Shown here one piece after another: positions 21,316 through 33,450 of a DNA stretch of 64,000 bases. The notes under the pieces were generated by a model. That model ran no database searches and was not told where the DNA came from. It was given only the letters and a program-made list of their open reading frames with translations. The position numbers and the translations under genes were made by a program. Within the stretch, counting starts at the first letter, position 1; each line of letters starts with the position of its first letter. The stretch spans positions 457,610 through 521,609 of the forward strand of contig CAXXUA010000006.1 in the NCBI GenBank assembly GCA_963663765.2. Reading direction: 5' to 3'. Source of the stretch: Candidatus Poribacteria bacterium. Lineage in GTDB: Bacteria > Poribacteria > WGA-4E > WGA-3G.

Positions 21316-24300
21316 GTTATTGAAGGTGCAAAGGGAACTGGTGATGAAGGTACTGACGTTGCAATAGATAATATTGACGGTTGGTTCACGATTGATAGTA
21401 ACTCCGGACAGATCAGAACAAATTCACCCATAAGTCACGAATCGTGGAGTTCCTTCACTTTCACCGTTAAAGTGACTGATGGGAACGGTGGTAGTGACAC
21501 GATCATTGTTACGGTTAATGTGAGAGATATCAACACCGCTTCCCCAGTGTTTACCGAGGGAGATTCTTCAACAAGGTCAATCCCAGAGAATACTGGTCCG
21601 AATGTCAACGTCGGTGCTCCTGTCACCGCCACGGATGCGGATGGTACGACATTATCATACACGATGAGACATTTAGATCTCGGTTTCTTTGATCCAGATG
21701 TTTTCACAATTGACAGTGCAACCGGGCAGATAAAGACGAAATTACCGCTGGATTTTGAAACAAAGCGATCCTATAGAGTGAGTGTAACTGTATGGGATGG
21801 TGATCATACCTTACCCCTTGTACGCACCGATAGAATTTTCATTAACATCAATATAAGCAATGTCAACGAAGCACCTATCATCAAGCAAGGCAGTTCTGCG
21901 ACTTTCAGTGTGAATGAGAACACCGCTGCAGACACAAATATCGGTTCCCCTTTCACGGCATCCGATGAAGATGGCGATGACATATCTTGGTCACTTGATG
22001 GTACTGATAAGGATTCCTTTAATATTGATGAAAATACGGGGCAGGTTAAGACCAGTGATGCATTGGACTATGAGACAAAGAGATCCTATTCCATGAAAGT
22101 GGTTGCAAGTGATGGGAATAATGGAACAGATTCGCTTGATCTCACAATAACTCTGAATGACCTCTTTGAAAACCCACTGCTTGTGAATCGCACACCCCAT
22201 ATCGCATGGAAAATCATATCAGAAACTGGTGTGAGTAATGAGGCTGAAATAACAGAAGCTCATCTCGCAGCAATTCAAAGATTGTTAATTAATAGAACAA
22301 GCTTAAGTTCTCTTATGGAAGATGATTTTGATGGGTTATCAGGATTAACAAAACTTTTTTTATGGAACAATGAACTGACAAGTCTACCAGAAAACATATT
22401 TGATGGATTGTCAAATCTGGAACTCCTTGATCTGTCAAGTAACAGATTGACAAGTCTACCAGAAAACATATTTGATGGATTGTCAAATCTGGATCACCTT
22501 GAAATATATGGTAACGAACTGTCAAGCCTGTCAGCAGAGATATTTGATGGATTGTCCTCACTTAATTATTTAGACATGAGTTACATTGATGTGACAAGTC
22601 TACCGGATGGTATATTTATAGGGCTTACAGCGTTGGAGACCTTGGATCTTAATGGTAATGGAGTCAGAGATTCGGAGGGTAATAAAGACGTTCATATACC
22701 AGTAAGATTAGTAAAAGATGGCACTGGTGTGAAGGTGCAAATACCCATCGGTGCACCGTATGATGTGAGTGTTCCTGTTACGATTACAAATGGCAGTCTG
22801 AGTGATAGTGCAACGAGTATTACTGTCTCTGCTGGAACAGTGGAAAGCAGTACTGTAAGCGTAACACGGACGGTTGGCACGACTGAACCTGTTACCGCGA
22901 ATATCGGTACATTTTCAAGCCTACCAAGCGGGCATTCAGGCTATAAGTTCGTAAATGGATTGGATTCAGCGGTAACCATCATACCAAGGAATGCCGCCAA
23001 CGCTGCACCTATCTTCACTGATGGGACAGAGACGGCGCGAACCATCGCTGAAAATACCGCTGCGGATACCAACATCGGTACACCGATTGCCGCGACAGAT
23101 GCAAATAGCGATACACTTACCTATACCCTAACTGGAACAGACGCTGCATCGTTTGATATTGTCAGCACGACCGGTCAGTTGAAAACAGAGGCTGCATTAG
23201 ACTTTGAAACAAAGACCTTGTATACGGTAACCATTACTGTCTCTGATGGAAACGGTGGCTTAGATAGTATCACAGTTACTATAAATGTTACCGATATAAC
23301 CGTAAACAACGTACCAACCTTCACCGATGGGGCAAATACAACACGTTCAGTTGAAGAGAATACGGCTGCAGGTACAAACATCGGAACTGCTGTTGCTGCA
23401 ACGGATGCGGATGGGGATACATTGGCTTATACACTTACCGGCACAGATGCGTCTTCGTTCTCAATCGTCAGCACAACCGGTCAACTGCAAACGAGTGTTG
23501 CCCTTGACTATGAGACGAAGACATCCTATTCGGTCACCATAAAAGTTACAGCTGCAAATGAAGGTGGAAATGCCTCTATTGATGTCACCATCAACGTCAC
23601 GAACATCGTTGAAGATACATTGCTTGTAGGTCGTACGCCTGCGGTGGTAAAAGGTATCTTAGATAAGGCAAATCTTGAGAGTGCCGATTCAATGACTGCA
23701 GAGATACTGAATGCACTTGATGGAACACTGGACTTAAGTGAAAAGAGTATCTCTTCCTTGAAGGAAGGTGATTTTGATGGATTATCGTCTGTTAAGCGCG
23801 TTGATTTGGATAATAATTCTTTGACAAGCCTACCGGATAATGTGTTCAAAGGGTTGACGGCAGTCACCTATATCGTCTTGAGTGCAAATCGCATATCAAG
23901 TATTTCGGAAGATGCTTTTGATGGATTATCCACATTAGAGGCACTCCGCCTCAGCTCTAATTCATTGTCAAGTTTAGACGTGAATGTGTTTGATGGGTTG
24001 TCCGCCTTGAAAGACCTCGGTTTAGGGGAAAATTCGCTGTCAAGTTTAGACGAGGACCTATTTGAGGACCTAACATCTCTTGAAATTCTACGTCTCTCTT
24101 ATAACGAACTGACGACTCTACCGGAAGATATTTTTGATGGATTAACCTCGCTTAAGGAACTTAATCTGCCCAAAAATGAGTTGACGAGTTTGCCATCCGG
24201 GTTATTTGATGGATTGTCTTCTCTTAATAAGATTTACTTATACCTGAACAAACTAACAAGTCTACCTGATGGTTTGCTGGAAGGACTTACATCACTGACG

Positions 24301-25016
24301 AGATTTTGGGCTGAGGATAATACAACCGATCCGCTTAAATTCACGGTGAATCTTGTGTTGGATGGCAGTAGTGTGAAGGTGCAAATCCCTATCGGGGTAC
24401 CGAAAGACGTTGATATACCAATTACTATCACGAACGGTAGTCTGAGTGGGGATGTGACCAGCATCCGGGTACTTAAAGGTTCAGTTGAAAGCGAAGCGGT
24501 CGCTGTGATACGCACTGCAGGTACAACAGGTGCAGTTACAGCAGATATCGGCACTTTACCGAATCTTACCAGTAACAAGAACATATTTGATGGGATTGCG
24601 CTTTCTAAAGCCTCCACAGGTCTACCGTTGACAGTATTTGCTGCTGGGGCTGCTCCTGCTCACCAGACACCAAATTCCACCGCATTACTCCCGAACTTCC
24701 CAAACCCGTTCAACCCTGAGACGTGGATACCTTATCAACTGGCAAATCCTGCAGATGTATCATTGACGATCTATAACATCCGTGGTGTTGTGGTGCGACA
24801 GATCGCGTTGAAACAGCAGCCTGCGGGGTTCTATACCACGCGTAGCCGCGCACTGCATTGGGATGGACGCAATGCGGTCGGTGAGAAAGTTGCGGGGGGT
24901 GTGTATTTCTATCATTTCAAGGCAGGCGAATATTCTGCCCTGCGGAAAATGTTGATTTTGAAGTAGTATTTTCACAGTGTAAGGCATGGCTTTTGTGTCC
25001 TGCCAAATAATATAAT

Positions 25017-25082
25017 AGGACTTACGCATTTCCTCTAAACGTTCCCTTGATAAGGGGATTTAGGGTGTAATGAGTAAGTCCT
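25017..25082. repeat. Small palindromic MITE/REP-like insertion
   Basis: aggacttacgcatt...aatgagtaagtcct arms with an inner cccttgataaggg hairpin; absent from the otherwise homologous intergenic region at 3566-3650. Confidence 0.75.
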
Positions 25083-25107
25083 GAATAAAATAAGTAAGGG
25101 GAATTGT

Positions 25108-28100
25108 ATGAATCGTCAATGTATTTTACCTATAACTATAACGCTCTTGTTAATGATTGGATTGTCAGCTTATAGCGACATAACACCCGTATCAGACCGC
25201 ACACCTGAAGTGCGTGACGCAATTGTCGCGGCAATATCAGATGTAGACAACGCAGCAGAGGTAACCGAAGCACATCTCGCTGCAATCACAACACTTGACC
25301 TACGCAACAAAGGCATTACCGAACTACAATCAGGCGATTTTTCGGGACTTACTGGACTTACCAATCTCAACCTATACAACAACGAACTGAGCAGCCTTCC
25401 AGATGGTATCTTTGAAGGGCTGGCTGCTTTGACAACCCTCCGTTTAGGGAGCAACACCGTTAATCCGATGCCGATAACAGTAGCCATTGAGAAAGTCGGA
25501 ACAGATCAGATCAAGGCAGTTGCACCCACAGGCGCACCGTTTAGGATTGTAGTGCCAATTTCGGCAACCAACGGTAGTATTGCAGATAGTGCAACTTCGC
25601 TGACTATCGCCAAGGGTCGCGCAGAGAGCAGCACTGTCACCGTAACACGCACCGCTAACTCAACCGAAGCCGTAACAGCAGACATTGGAACACTGCCCAG
25701 TTTGCCAATAAATCATTACGGCTATGTGTTGAGTAAATCTGCTAATCTGCTACTGGAAGTTATCTCAGATATTAGCACAACAGAAGAAGAACAGACGACA
25801 CCTACCCCACCCGTAGTAGAAGAAACAGAAACACCTGTACAAAACGCTGCCCCAACCTTTTCAGACGGTAGTTCAGCAGTCCGATCCATCGCAGAGAACA
25901 CAGCATCAGATATGAACATCGGCACTCCCGTAGCAGCAACGGACGCAAACGAAGATACGCTCACCTATACACTTGATGGTATAGACGCAGCATCATTTGC
26001 TGTTGACAGTACGACAGGACAACTCAAGACAAAAGCAATTTTAGACTATGAAACAAAACGTATCTATACCCTCACAATCACTGCTTCTGATGGCAGTCTT
26101 ACAGGCACAATCTCTGTCATTATTAGCGTCATAGATGTTGCAGAAACCACGATTGTCTCAAATACACTCTCTTTGAACGATCGCACGCCAGTTGTCCGCA
26201 ATGCCATCGTCGCAGCGATCCCCGATGTTGATGACCCAAATGATGTTACCGAAACCCATCTCGCCACAATCACTTCTCTCAGTTTACTGAATGCCAATAT
26301 AACAGAACTCAAAACAGGGGACTTTAGCGGACTATCCGCAGTCTCTAATCTCAACCTATACGGCAATATGTTAAGTAGTCTGCCGAATGGTATCTTTCAA
26401 GGGTTAACCGGATTATCAACGTTACGCTTAGGAGGCAATGCTGTTGATCCGATGCCGTTGACTGTGGCATTGCAGCAAGACAGCAATGGTGAGTTTAAGG
26501 CAGTGGTTCCCGTAGGGGCACCGTTTGATATTATGCTTCAAATTAACGGCAGCACCATAACAATCCCGAAAGGTAGCATTGCAAGTGAAACATTTATGTC
26601 GGCTGATATTCCCAATATAGATGGACTGCCAACACGACCAAAAACGCATTTCGGGTATATCCTCACCAAATCCGATGTGTGTAACCGTACACAGCAAGTG
26701 TCAGATACGATCACCGAGGTAGTACCACACATAACAGATTGTCGGAATGTAAGTGATGTGCATCTCGCAGCGATCACAAGCCTGGATCTTAGCGGTATGT
26801 CGATAGACTCGCTGATGTCAGGCGACTTCGCAAGATTATACACACTTCACACACTCAATTTGAGTAACAACCAGCTGACAAGTCTACCCGATAGTATTTT
26901 CAGTGGCTTGAAAACGCTGGATGAACTCAACCTGAGTGTCAATGCCGTTGACCCGTTGCCGCTTTCAGTCAGAGTGCAAAAGGTCGGTAACAATAGCATC
27001 AAAGTCGTTGTGCCGACAGGTGCACCTTTTGATATGCGTTTGCCTATCACTGTCGTGAACGGCAGTACGATCGGTAGTAGTATGCTGATTGTGCAAAAGG
27101 GTATGACGGAAAGCGATACACTTCTCGTAACACGCAACGATAATACATTATCTGCCGTTACCGTTGACCTTGGCACATTGCCGAACCTTCCATCGCTACA
27201 TACAGGATATTCGCTTACGAAATCTAACACAGAACCGCTTGAGATTTTTAGTGAAAACAATGTTGCACCAGTGTTCACAGATGGAACAAGCACGACACGT
27301 ACCATCGCAGAGAACTCTGTAGCTAACAGAAACATCGGTGCTGCTATAACAGCGACTGATGCGAATAACGACACATTGAGATATACACTCAGCGGCACAG
27401 ATGCCGACTCGTTTAGTATAGTCAGCACAACTGGACAACTCCAAACAAAGTCCGATCTAGACTACGAAACGAAGACCACCTATTCGGTAAACATCACAGT
27501 CTCCGATGGCAGTTTGACCGATGCAATCGCTGTCACCATCAACGTAACAGATGTGTCGGAGAACCACGCACCTGTATTCACCGAGGGAGATTCTGCCACG
27601 CGTTCTATTTCTGAGAACACAGATGCTGGTACAAATATCGGTAGCCCTATCATCGCTACAGATGCGGATGATGACAGGCTTAACTATACGCTTAGTGGAA
27701 CAGATGCCGTTGATTTTGAAATTGACAGAGGAACAGGACAACTCAAAGCAAAGTCCGATCTTGACTACGAAACGAAGACCACTTATTCAGTAACAGTTAA
27801 TGTCTCCGATGGCAGTTTGACCGATATAATTTCTGTCACCATCAATATCACAAACATAGACGAAACACCGCCAAAACCGGTTATAGATGATGATATTGTC
27901 ATTACACCAGATGATGATGATATTGTCATTACACCAGATGATGATACACCACCAATACAGAATACGCTACCCAACAACGCGCCTGTGTTCACCGATGGTG
28001 CCAGCACAACCCGGTCTGTTGAGGAAAACACAGGCTCAGGCGTAGACATCGGTTCAGCAATATCTGCTACTGACGAGGATAATGATACTTTGACCTACAG

Positions 28101-31100
28101 CCTTGATGGAACGGATGCATCCTCGTTCAGCATAGACAGCAGTTCCGGACAATTGCGGACAAGCGCACCGTTGGATTATGAGGACAAAACATCTTACTCG
28201 GTTACCGTCTCTGTGACTGATGGCGAAGGTGGTAGCGATTCAATCTCGGTCACCATCAACATCACGAATGTCGACGAATCACCCACGAATAACGCGCCTG
28301 TGTTCACCGATGGCAGTAGCACAACCCGGTCTGTTGAGGAAAACACCAGTTCAGGCGTAGAGATCGGTTCAGCCGTCTCTGCGACTGATGTAGATGACGA
28401 TACACTAACATACACACTCAGCGGCACGGATGCATCCTCGTTCAGCATAGACAGCAGTTCTGGGCAGCTGCAGACAAGTACACAACTGAATTATGAAGAG
28501 AAAACATCTTATTCAGTGACCGTGTCTGTGACTGACGGCAATGGTGGTAACGATTCTATTGCTGTCACGATAAACGTCACAGATGTGAATGAAGCACCTG
28601 AATTCTCCGATGGTGATACCACAAACCGATCCATCGCAGAAAACACAACGGCGAATACAAACATCGGTTCTGCTGTTTCCGCGACTGATGTGGATGGCGA
28701 TACGTTGACTTATACGCTCAGCGGCACTAATGCAACGGATTTCAATATTGAAAGCTCGACCGGGCAGCTGAAGACCAAATCTCCGTTAGACTATGAGCTC
28801 AATACCTCTTATTCCGTGACGATTACCGTTTCCGATGGTAATCTTGAGGATACAATCGTAGTCACTATCAATGTTACCAATTTAGACGAAACACCGTCAA
28901 ACAATGCACCCGTGTTCTCCGATGGCAATAGCACTACGCGTTCCGTTGACGAAAATACGCCATCAGGCACAAATATCGGCTCAGCTGTCTCTGCAACTGA
29001 TGCGGATAACAACACGCTAACTTATACGTTCAGCGGAGACGATGCCTCATCGTTTAGCATTGTTAGCACGACCGGGCAGCTAAAAACGAATGCTGCACTG
29101 AACCACGAAGAAAATGCGTCCTATTCTGTTACTGTCACCGTGAACGATGGCACACTTCAAGACACTATCACTGTCACAATCAACGTCAATGATGTGAACG
29201 ATGCACCCGTGTATGCATCAAGTAGTGCGACGCGCTCTATTGATGAAAATACTGCTATAGGCACAAATATCGGTGCTGCGTTCACTGCAACGGATGAGGA
29301 CAACGATACGTTGGCATACGCACTGAGTGGACCGAATGCTAGTTCTTTTGACATTGATAGCACCACAGGACAACTAAAAACGAAGACAGCCCTGGATTAT
29401 GAGACAAAAACCTCCTATTCGGTGACTATTACTGTGACCGATGATGATGAGGATAATCCGCTCTCTGACTCTATATCGGTTACGGTCACTATCAATAATT
29501 TAGACGAGAACCGAGCACCTGTGTTCACCGAAGGCACAAGCACAACCCGCTCAATCGTTGAAAATACGGGTTCGGGTGTGAATATCGGTTCTGCTGTTTC
29601 TGCAACGGATATTGATAACGACACTTTGGAATACTCACTCGGTGGCACGGATGCAAGTTCGTTCCGTATTGATAGCACATCGGGGCAGCTACGAACAAGG
29701 ACAGCACTAAATTACGAGGATGATTCCTCCTATTCTGTCACAATTACCGTTGACGATAACAACGGCGGTGAGGATACTATCAACGTGACGATAAACGTTA
29801 CCGATAGGAATGATCCTCCTGTTTTCGTATCCAATAGTGTAACCCGTAGCGTTGTGGAAAACACGGCAGCAGACACAAACATTGGTTCTCCTATTACTGC
29901 CACAGATGAAGACAACGACACATTGGAATACTCCCTCGGCGGTGATGATGCAAGTGAATTTGACATTGTTAGCACGACAGGACAACTAAAAACAAAAGCG
30001 GCACTGGATTATGAGACAAAAGCCTCCTATTCAGTTATTGTCACTGCGAAAGATGGAGATAATGCCGATGACACTATCAACGTTACAATCAACGTCACGA
30101 ATGTAGACGAAGTTCCCATAGTCGTTAATAACGCACCTACATTCACAGAAGGAAATAGCACCACGCGGTCTGTTGATGAAAATACAGGTTCGGGTGTGAA
30201 TATCGGATCTGCTGTTTCTGCAACTGATGCGGATAACGACACTTTGGAATACTCCCTCGGTGGCGCGGATGCAAGTTCGTTCCGTATTGATAGCACATCG
30301 GGGCAGCTACGAACAAGGACAGCACTAAATTATGAGGATGATTCCTCCTATTCTGTTACAATTACCGTTGACGATAACAACGGCGGTGAGGATACTATCA
30401 ACGTGACGATAAACGTTACCGATAGGAATGATCCCCCTGTTTTCGCATCCAATAGTGTAACCCGTAGCGTTGTGGAAAACACGGCAGCAGACACAAACAT
30501 CGGTTCTCCTATTACTGCCACAGATGAAGACAACGACACATTGGAATACTCCCTCGGCGGTGATGATGCAAGTGAATTTGACATTGTTAGCACGACAGGA
30601 CAACTAAAAACAAAAGCGGCACTGGATTATGAGACAAAAGCCTCCTATTCAGTTATTGTCACTGCGAAAGATGGAGATAATGCCGATGACACTATCAACG
30701 TTACAATCAACGTCACGAATGTAGACGAAGTTCCCATAGTCGTTAATAACGCACCTACATTCACAGAAGGAAATAGCACCACGCGGTCTGTTGATGAAAA
30801 CACGAATTCTGGAGTGAATATCGGTAGTCCAATTGCTGCGACAGATGACGATAACAATAATTTGACATACACACTCCATGGTACGGATGCTTCTATTTTC
30901 AGTATTGTCAGGACATCAGGGCAGTTGAAAACGAATACTGCGCTGAATTACGAAATGAAGGATACCTATTCCGTTACAATCACTGTCAATGATGGAAATG
31001 GTGGTGAAGATACAATATCGGTCACTATCAATGTCAACGATGTCAGCGAACCGCCTGTATTCACGGATAGTTTCCCAGCGTCGCGTTCTATCGCTGAAAA

Positions 31101-32811
31101 TACGGGTGCTGGTGAAAATGTTGGCGCACCGATCGCCGCTACCGATGACGATGGGGATTCCATCCGATATAGACATGCTGGATTGGATCAGGACTCGTTT
31201 GATATTGTGAGAAGCACAGGACAGTTGAAAACAAAAGCCCCACTGGATCATGAAACGAAGGATACATATAGAGTATTAGTGTGGGCGGATACAAACGATA
31301 AGAGCACTCCGATGAATGTCATTATCAGCATCACCGATGTAAATGAAGCACCTGTGTTTGACGATGGCGATAGCATCACGTTGTCTGTTGATGAGAATAC
31401 CGCTACAAACACAAATTTAGGTGCCCCTGTGACCGCGACAGATGAAGATGATGACGATACCCTTACTTACACGCTTAGTGGCACGGATGCTGCCTCCTTT
31501 GGTATTGATAGCACCACCGGACAACTGAAAACGAGTGCTGCACTCAATCACGAAACGAAGGACTCCTACTCCGTGACTATCACCGTAACTGATGGTGACA
31601 CAGATGATCCACTATCCGACAGTATTACTGTCAATATTCAAGTGAGAGATGTTCTGGAAAATAACCTGCTCACCAATCGCACGGAAAAGATTGCAAGAGA
31701 AATAATCAATGTCACTGGACAGACGCATGAGACTGATATTACCGCTGAACATCTCGCAGCGATTGAGGAACTGTACCTAGATTCAAAACAGATAAGTTCG
31801 CTCAAAAATGGAGATTTTTCTGGGTTGACAGGTCTTGTCAACTTATACTTAGGACATAATGAAATAACCAGTTTTCCTGAAGATGTGTTTGATGGACTTT
31901 CGAATTTAACAGTGCTTTTTATTGATAACAATCCTTTTACCAGCTTGCCTGAAAATATATTTGATGGATTATCCTCTCTTGAAAAATTGTGGATAGAAAG
32001 TTCAGAAATAACGAGTTTCCCAGCAGGTCTGTTTGATGGATTGTCGTCTCTAACATACCTTGTTGCTGGACGTTCACTTCATACAGGTCTGCCTGACGGT
32101 ATTTTTGAAGGTTTAACTTCTTTGATGGTTGTACAGGTGCATAGTAATTTGACAGACTCAGAGGGTCAATTTATAGATTGGTTTGATCTGACTGTGGAAT
32201 TAGAGCTGGTTGAATCGGGGAAAATAAAAGCGTCTATCCGCACGGGGGCACCGTTCAGTATTGAAGTGCCACTTACCGTCACGAATGGGAGTCTCGGTGA
32301 TGGTGCCACCAGCATCACAATTCCTACTGGTAGCATCGAAAGCAGTGAATTGACGGTGACACGCACCGCTGGTACAACTGCGGCAGTTACGGTAGGTATG
32401 GGTGATTTACCTGACATACCGGGACACGGACCTCATACGGGATACAATCTGGTAAAACCGACGAACCTGCCCTTGACGGTGATTGATGCAGGGGCTGCTC
32501 CTGCTTACCAGAAACCAAATTCAACTGCACTGTTCCCTAACTTTCCCAACCCGTTCAATCCTGAGACGTGGATACCTTATCAACTTGCAAAACCTGCAGA
32601 TGTGTCTTTGACGATCTCTGACATCAGAGGTGTTGTTGTGCGGACGTTGACGTTGGGACATGTGCCTACGGGTGTGTATACCACTCGTAGCCGTGCTATC
32701 CATTGGGATGGTCGGAATGTGTTTGGTGAAAAGGTTGCTGGTGGCATGTATTTCTATGTTCTAAAAGCAGGGGATTATTCTGCCACGCGGAAAATGTTGA
32801 TTGTGAAGTAA
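25108..32811 (+). CDS. Giant cadherin-repeat/LRR surface protein, paralogue 4 (2567 aa)
   Basis: Same RBS and signal peptide as paralogue 2; 15 cadherin units, one terminal LRR block at about 31630-32150 and an NFPNPFNPETWIPY tag. Confidence 0.93.
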   Translation: MNRQCILPITITLLLMIGLSAYSDITPVSDRTPEVRDAIVAAISDVDNAAEVTEAHLAAITTLDLRNKGITELQSGDFSGLTGLTNLNLYNNELSSLPDGIFEGLAALTTLRLGSNTVNPMPITVAIEKVGTDQIKAVAPTGAPFRIVVPISATNGSIADSATSLTIAKGRAESSTVTVTRTANSTEAVTADIGTLPSLPINHYGYVLSKSANLLLEVISDISTTEEEQTTPTPPVVEETETPVQNAAPTFSDGSSAVRSIAENTASDMNIGTPVAATDANEDTLTYTLDGIDAASFAVDSTTGQLKTKAILDYETKRIYTLTITASDGSLTGTISVIISVIDVAETTIVSNTLSLNDRTPVVRNAIVAAIPDVDDPNDVTETHLATITSLSLLNANITELKTGDFSGLSAVSNLNLYGNMLSSLPNGIFQGLTGLSTLRLGGNAVDPMPLTVALQQDSNGEFKAVVPVGAPFDIMLQINGSTITIPKGSIASETFMSADIPNIDGLPTRPKTHFGYILTKSDVCNRTQQVSDTITEVVPHITDCRNVSDVHLAAITSLDLSGMSIDSLMSGDFARLYTLHTLNLSNNQLTSLPDSIFSGLKTLDELNLSVNAVDPLPLSVRVQKVGNNSIKVVVPTGAPFDMRLPITVVNGSTIGSSMLIVQKGMTESDTLLVTRNDNTLSAVTVDLGTLPNLPSLHTGYSLTKSNTEPLEIFSENNVAPVFTDGTSTTRTIAENSVANRNIGAAITATDANNDTLRYTLSGTDADSFSIVSTTGQLQTKSDLDYETKTTYSVNITVSDGSLTDAIAVTINVTDVSENHAPVFTEGDSATRSISENTDAGTNIGSPIIATDADDDRLNYTLSGTDAVDFEIDRGTGQLKAKSDLDYETKTTYSVTVNVSDGSLTDIISVTINITNIDETPPKPVIDDDIVITPDDDDIVITPDDDTPPIQNTLPNNAPVFTDGASTTRSVEENTGSGVDIGSAISATDEDNDTLTYSLDGTDASSFSIDSSSGQLRTSAPLDYEDKTSYSVTVSVTDGEGGSDSISVTINITNVDESPTNNAPVFTDGSSTTRSVEENTSSGVEIGSAVSATDVDDDTLTYTLSGTDASSFSIDSSSGQLQTSTQLNYEEKTSYSVTVSVTDGNGGNDSIAVTINVTDVNEAPEFSDGDTTNRSIAENTTANTNIGSAVSATDVDGDTLTYTLSGTNATDFNIESSTGQLKTKSPLDYELNTSYSVTITVSDGNLEDTIVVTINVTNLDETPSNNAPVFSDGNSTTRSVDENTPSGTNIGSAVSATDADNNTLTYTFSGDDASSFSIVSTTGQLKTNAALNHEENASYSVTVTVNDGTLQDTITVTINVNDVNDAPVYASSSATRSIDENTAIGTNIGAAFTATDEDNDTLAYALSGPNASSFDIDSTTGQLKTKTALDYETKTSYSVTITVTDDDEDNPLSDSISVTVTINNLDENRAPVFTEGTSTTRSIVENTGSGVNIGSAVSATDIDNDTLEYSLGGTDASSFRIDSTSGQLRTRTALNYEDDSSYSVTITVDDNNGGEDTINVTINVTDRNDPPVFVSNSVTRSVVENTAADTNIGSPITATDEDNDTLEYSLGGDDASEFDIVSTTGQLKTKAALDYETKASYSVIVTAKDGDNADDTINVTINVTNVDEVPIVVNNAPTFTEGNSTTRSVDENTGSGVNIGSAVSATDADNDTLEYSLGGADASSFRIDSTSGQLRTRTALNYEDDSSYSVTITVDDNNGGEDTINVTINVTDRNDPPVFASNSVTRSVVENTAADTNIGSPITATDEDNDTLEYSLGGDDASEFDIVSTTGQLKTKAALDYETKASYSVIVTAKDGDNADDTINVTINVTNVDEVPIVVNNAPTFTEGNSTTRSVDENTNSGVNIGSPIAATDDDNNNLTYTLHGTDASIFSIVRTSGQLKTNTALNYEMKDTYSVTITVNDGNGGEDTISVTINVNDVSEPPVFTDSFPASRSIAENTGAGENVGAPIAATDDDGDSIRYRHAGLDQDSFDIVRSTGQLKTKAPLDHETKDTYRVLVWADTNDKSTPMNVIISITDVNEAPVFDDGDSITLSVDENTATNTNLGAPVTATDEDDDDTLTYTLSGTDAASFGIDSTTGQLKTSAALNHETKDSYSVTITVTDGDTDDPLSDSITVNIQVRDVLENNLLTNRTEKIAREIINVTGQTHETDITAEHLAAIEELYLDSKQISSLKNGDFSGLTGLVNLYLGHNEITSFPEDVFDGLSNLTVLFIDNNPFTSLPENIFDGLSSLEKLWIESSEITSFPAGLFDGLSSLTYLVAGRSLHTGLPDGIFEGLTSLMVVQVHSNLTDSEGQFIDWFDLTVELELVESGKIKASIRTGAPFSIEVPLTVTNGSLGDGATSITIPTGSIESSELTVTRTAGTTAAVTVGMGDLPDIPGHGPHTGYNLVKPTNLPLTVIDAGAAPAYQKPNSTALFPNFPNPFNPETWIPYQLAKPADVSLTISDIRGVVVRTLTLGHVPTGVYTTRSRAIHWDGRNVFGEKVAGGMYFYVLKAGDYSATRKMLIVK
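29560..30800 (+). repeat. 618-bp tandem duplication of a two-cadherin unit
   Basis: gggcagctacgaacaagg at 29683 and 30301, with near-identical flanking sequence. Confidence 0.9.
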
Positions 32812-33162
32812 TTTGAAAACGCTTATCAAGGTTTTGTATACGATATCCGAGACGTATCTGCCAAAACAGTGTGCAGAGATGAATGTCAGTCTTTTCACTA
32901 TATTGCGCAAGATCTTCCGCATTCTATCGTTTACTTGCAGTGCCCAATGATATACTTTCTTGATATTTTCTGATACGCTGGACTGAATGAGATGCACAAT
33001 ATTCGCAGATGTATTTTAGACGGAATTATCTTTTGATAAGGAGTTATCAAAACCTATTTCATCTATAAAACAAGCATATTCTATTCCAACCACTAATCTC
33101 ATTACTTAGTTAACACTTATCTTCTGTGAGACACTCTCATGCGTGTGTAATAATGTGTGAGG

Positions 33163-33205
33163 TTTCTCTTGTGTGAGGGGTTTTCAACCCCTCACACAAG
33201 AGAAA
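33163..33205. repeat. Perfect 20-bp-arm hairpin (REP-like or terminator)
   Basis: tttctcttgtgtgaggggtt-ttc-aacccctcacacaagagaaa. Confidence 0.75.
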
Positions 33206-33223
33206 ATGCCAACACTTTTTTCT

Positions 33224-33360
33224 TATAGTGAAATATACAATTAAGTTTACACGTTTTCTGTAGGAGCGATCTCCGAATCGCGACTGAACGCCTTGATTGT
33301 CGGGAATCGGAGTTCCCTCCTACACCTGAAAGTGTAAAAATAATTCTAAAATCCACTATA
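33224..33360. mobile_element. MITE-like element containing a GTAG-type REP
   Basis: Outer imperfect IR tatagtg...tttacac / gtgtaaa...cactata; inner gtaggagcga...ccctcctac at 33260-33323. It abuts the break point of IS3 orfB. Confidence 0.65.
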
Positions 33361-33450
33361 AATTGACGCTTATGGGTGTCGCAAATTTTTCGCACAGAGT
33401 AGTCGGTTCGCAAAGTTTCTACAATTCCTCGTTTTTCTGCTGGAGCCAAC

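Larger units (their letters stand above)
12345..24966 (+). pseudogene. Giant cadherin-repeat/LRR surface protein, paralogue 3, split by ISAs1 (ORFs 12345-20051 and 21472-24966)
   Basis: Removing 20001-21315 plus one 9-bp duplication restores one frame (...TYTIVIE/GAKGTGDEGTDVAIDNIDGWFTIDSNSGQIRT...) of about 3765 aa, with 23 cadherin units, two terminal LRR blocks and the C-terminal tag. Confidence 0.9.

Noticed and set aside
21472-24966. Independent 1164-aa gene
   Set aside because: It has no signal peptide and is in frame with 12345-20000 once the IS is removed.
32761-32997. 78-aa minus-strand ORF
   Set aside because: It overlaps the end of paralogue 4, and no recognisable motif appears in any frame examined.
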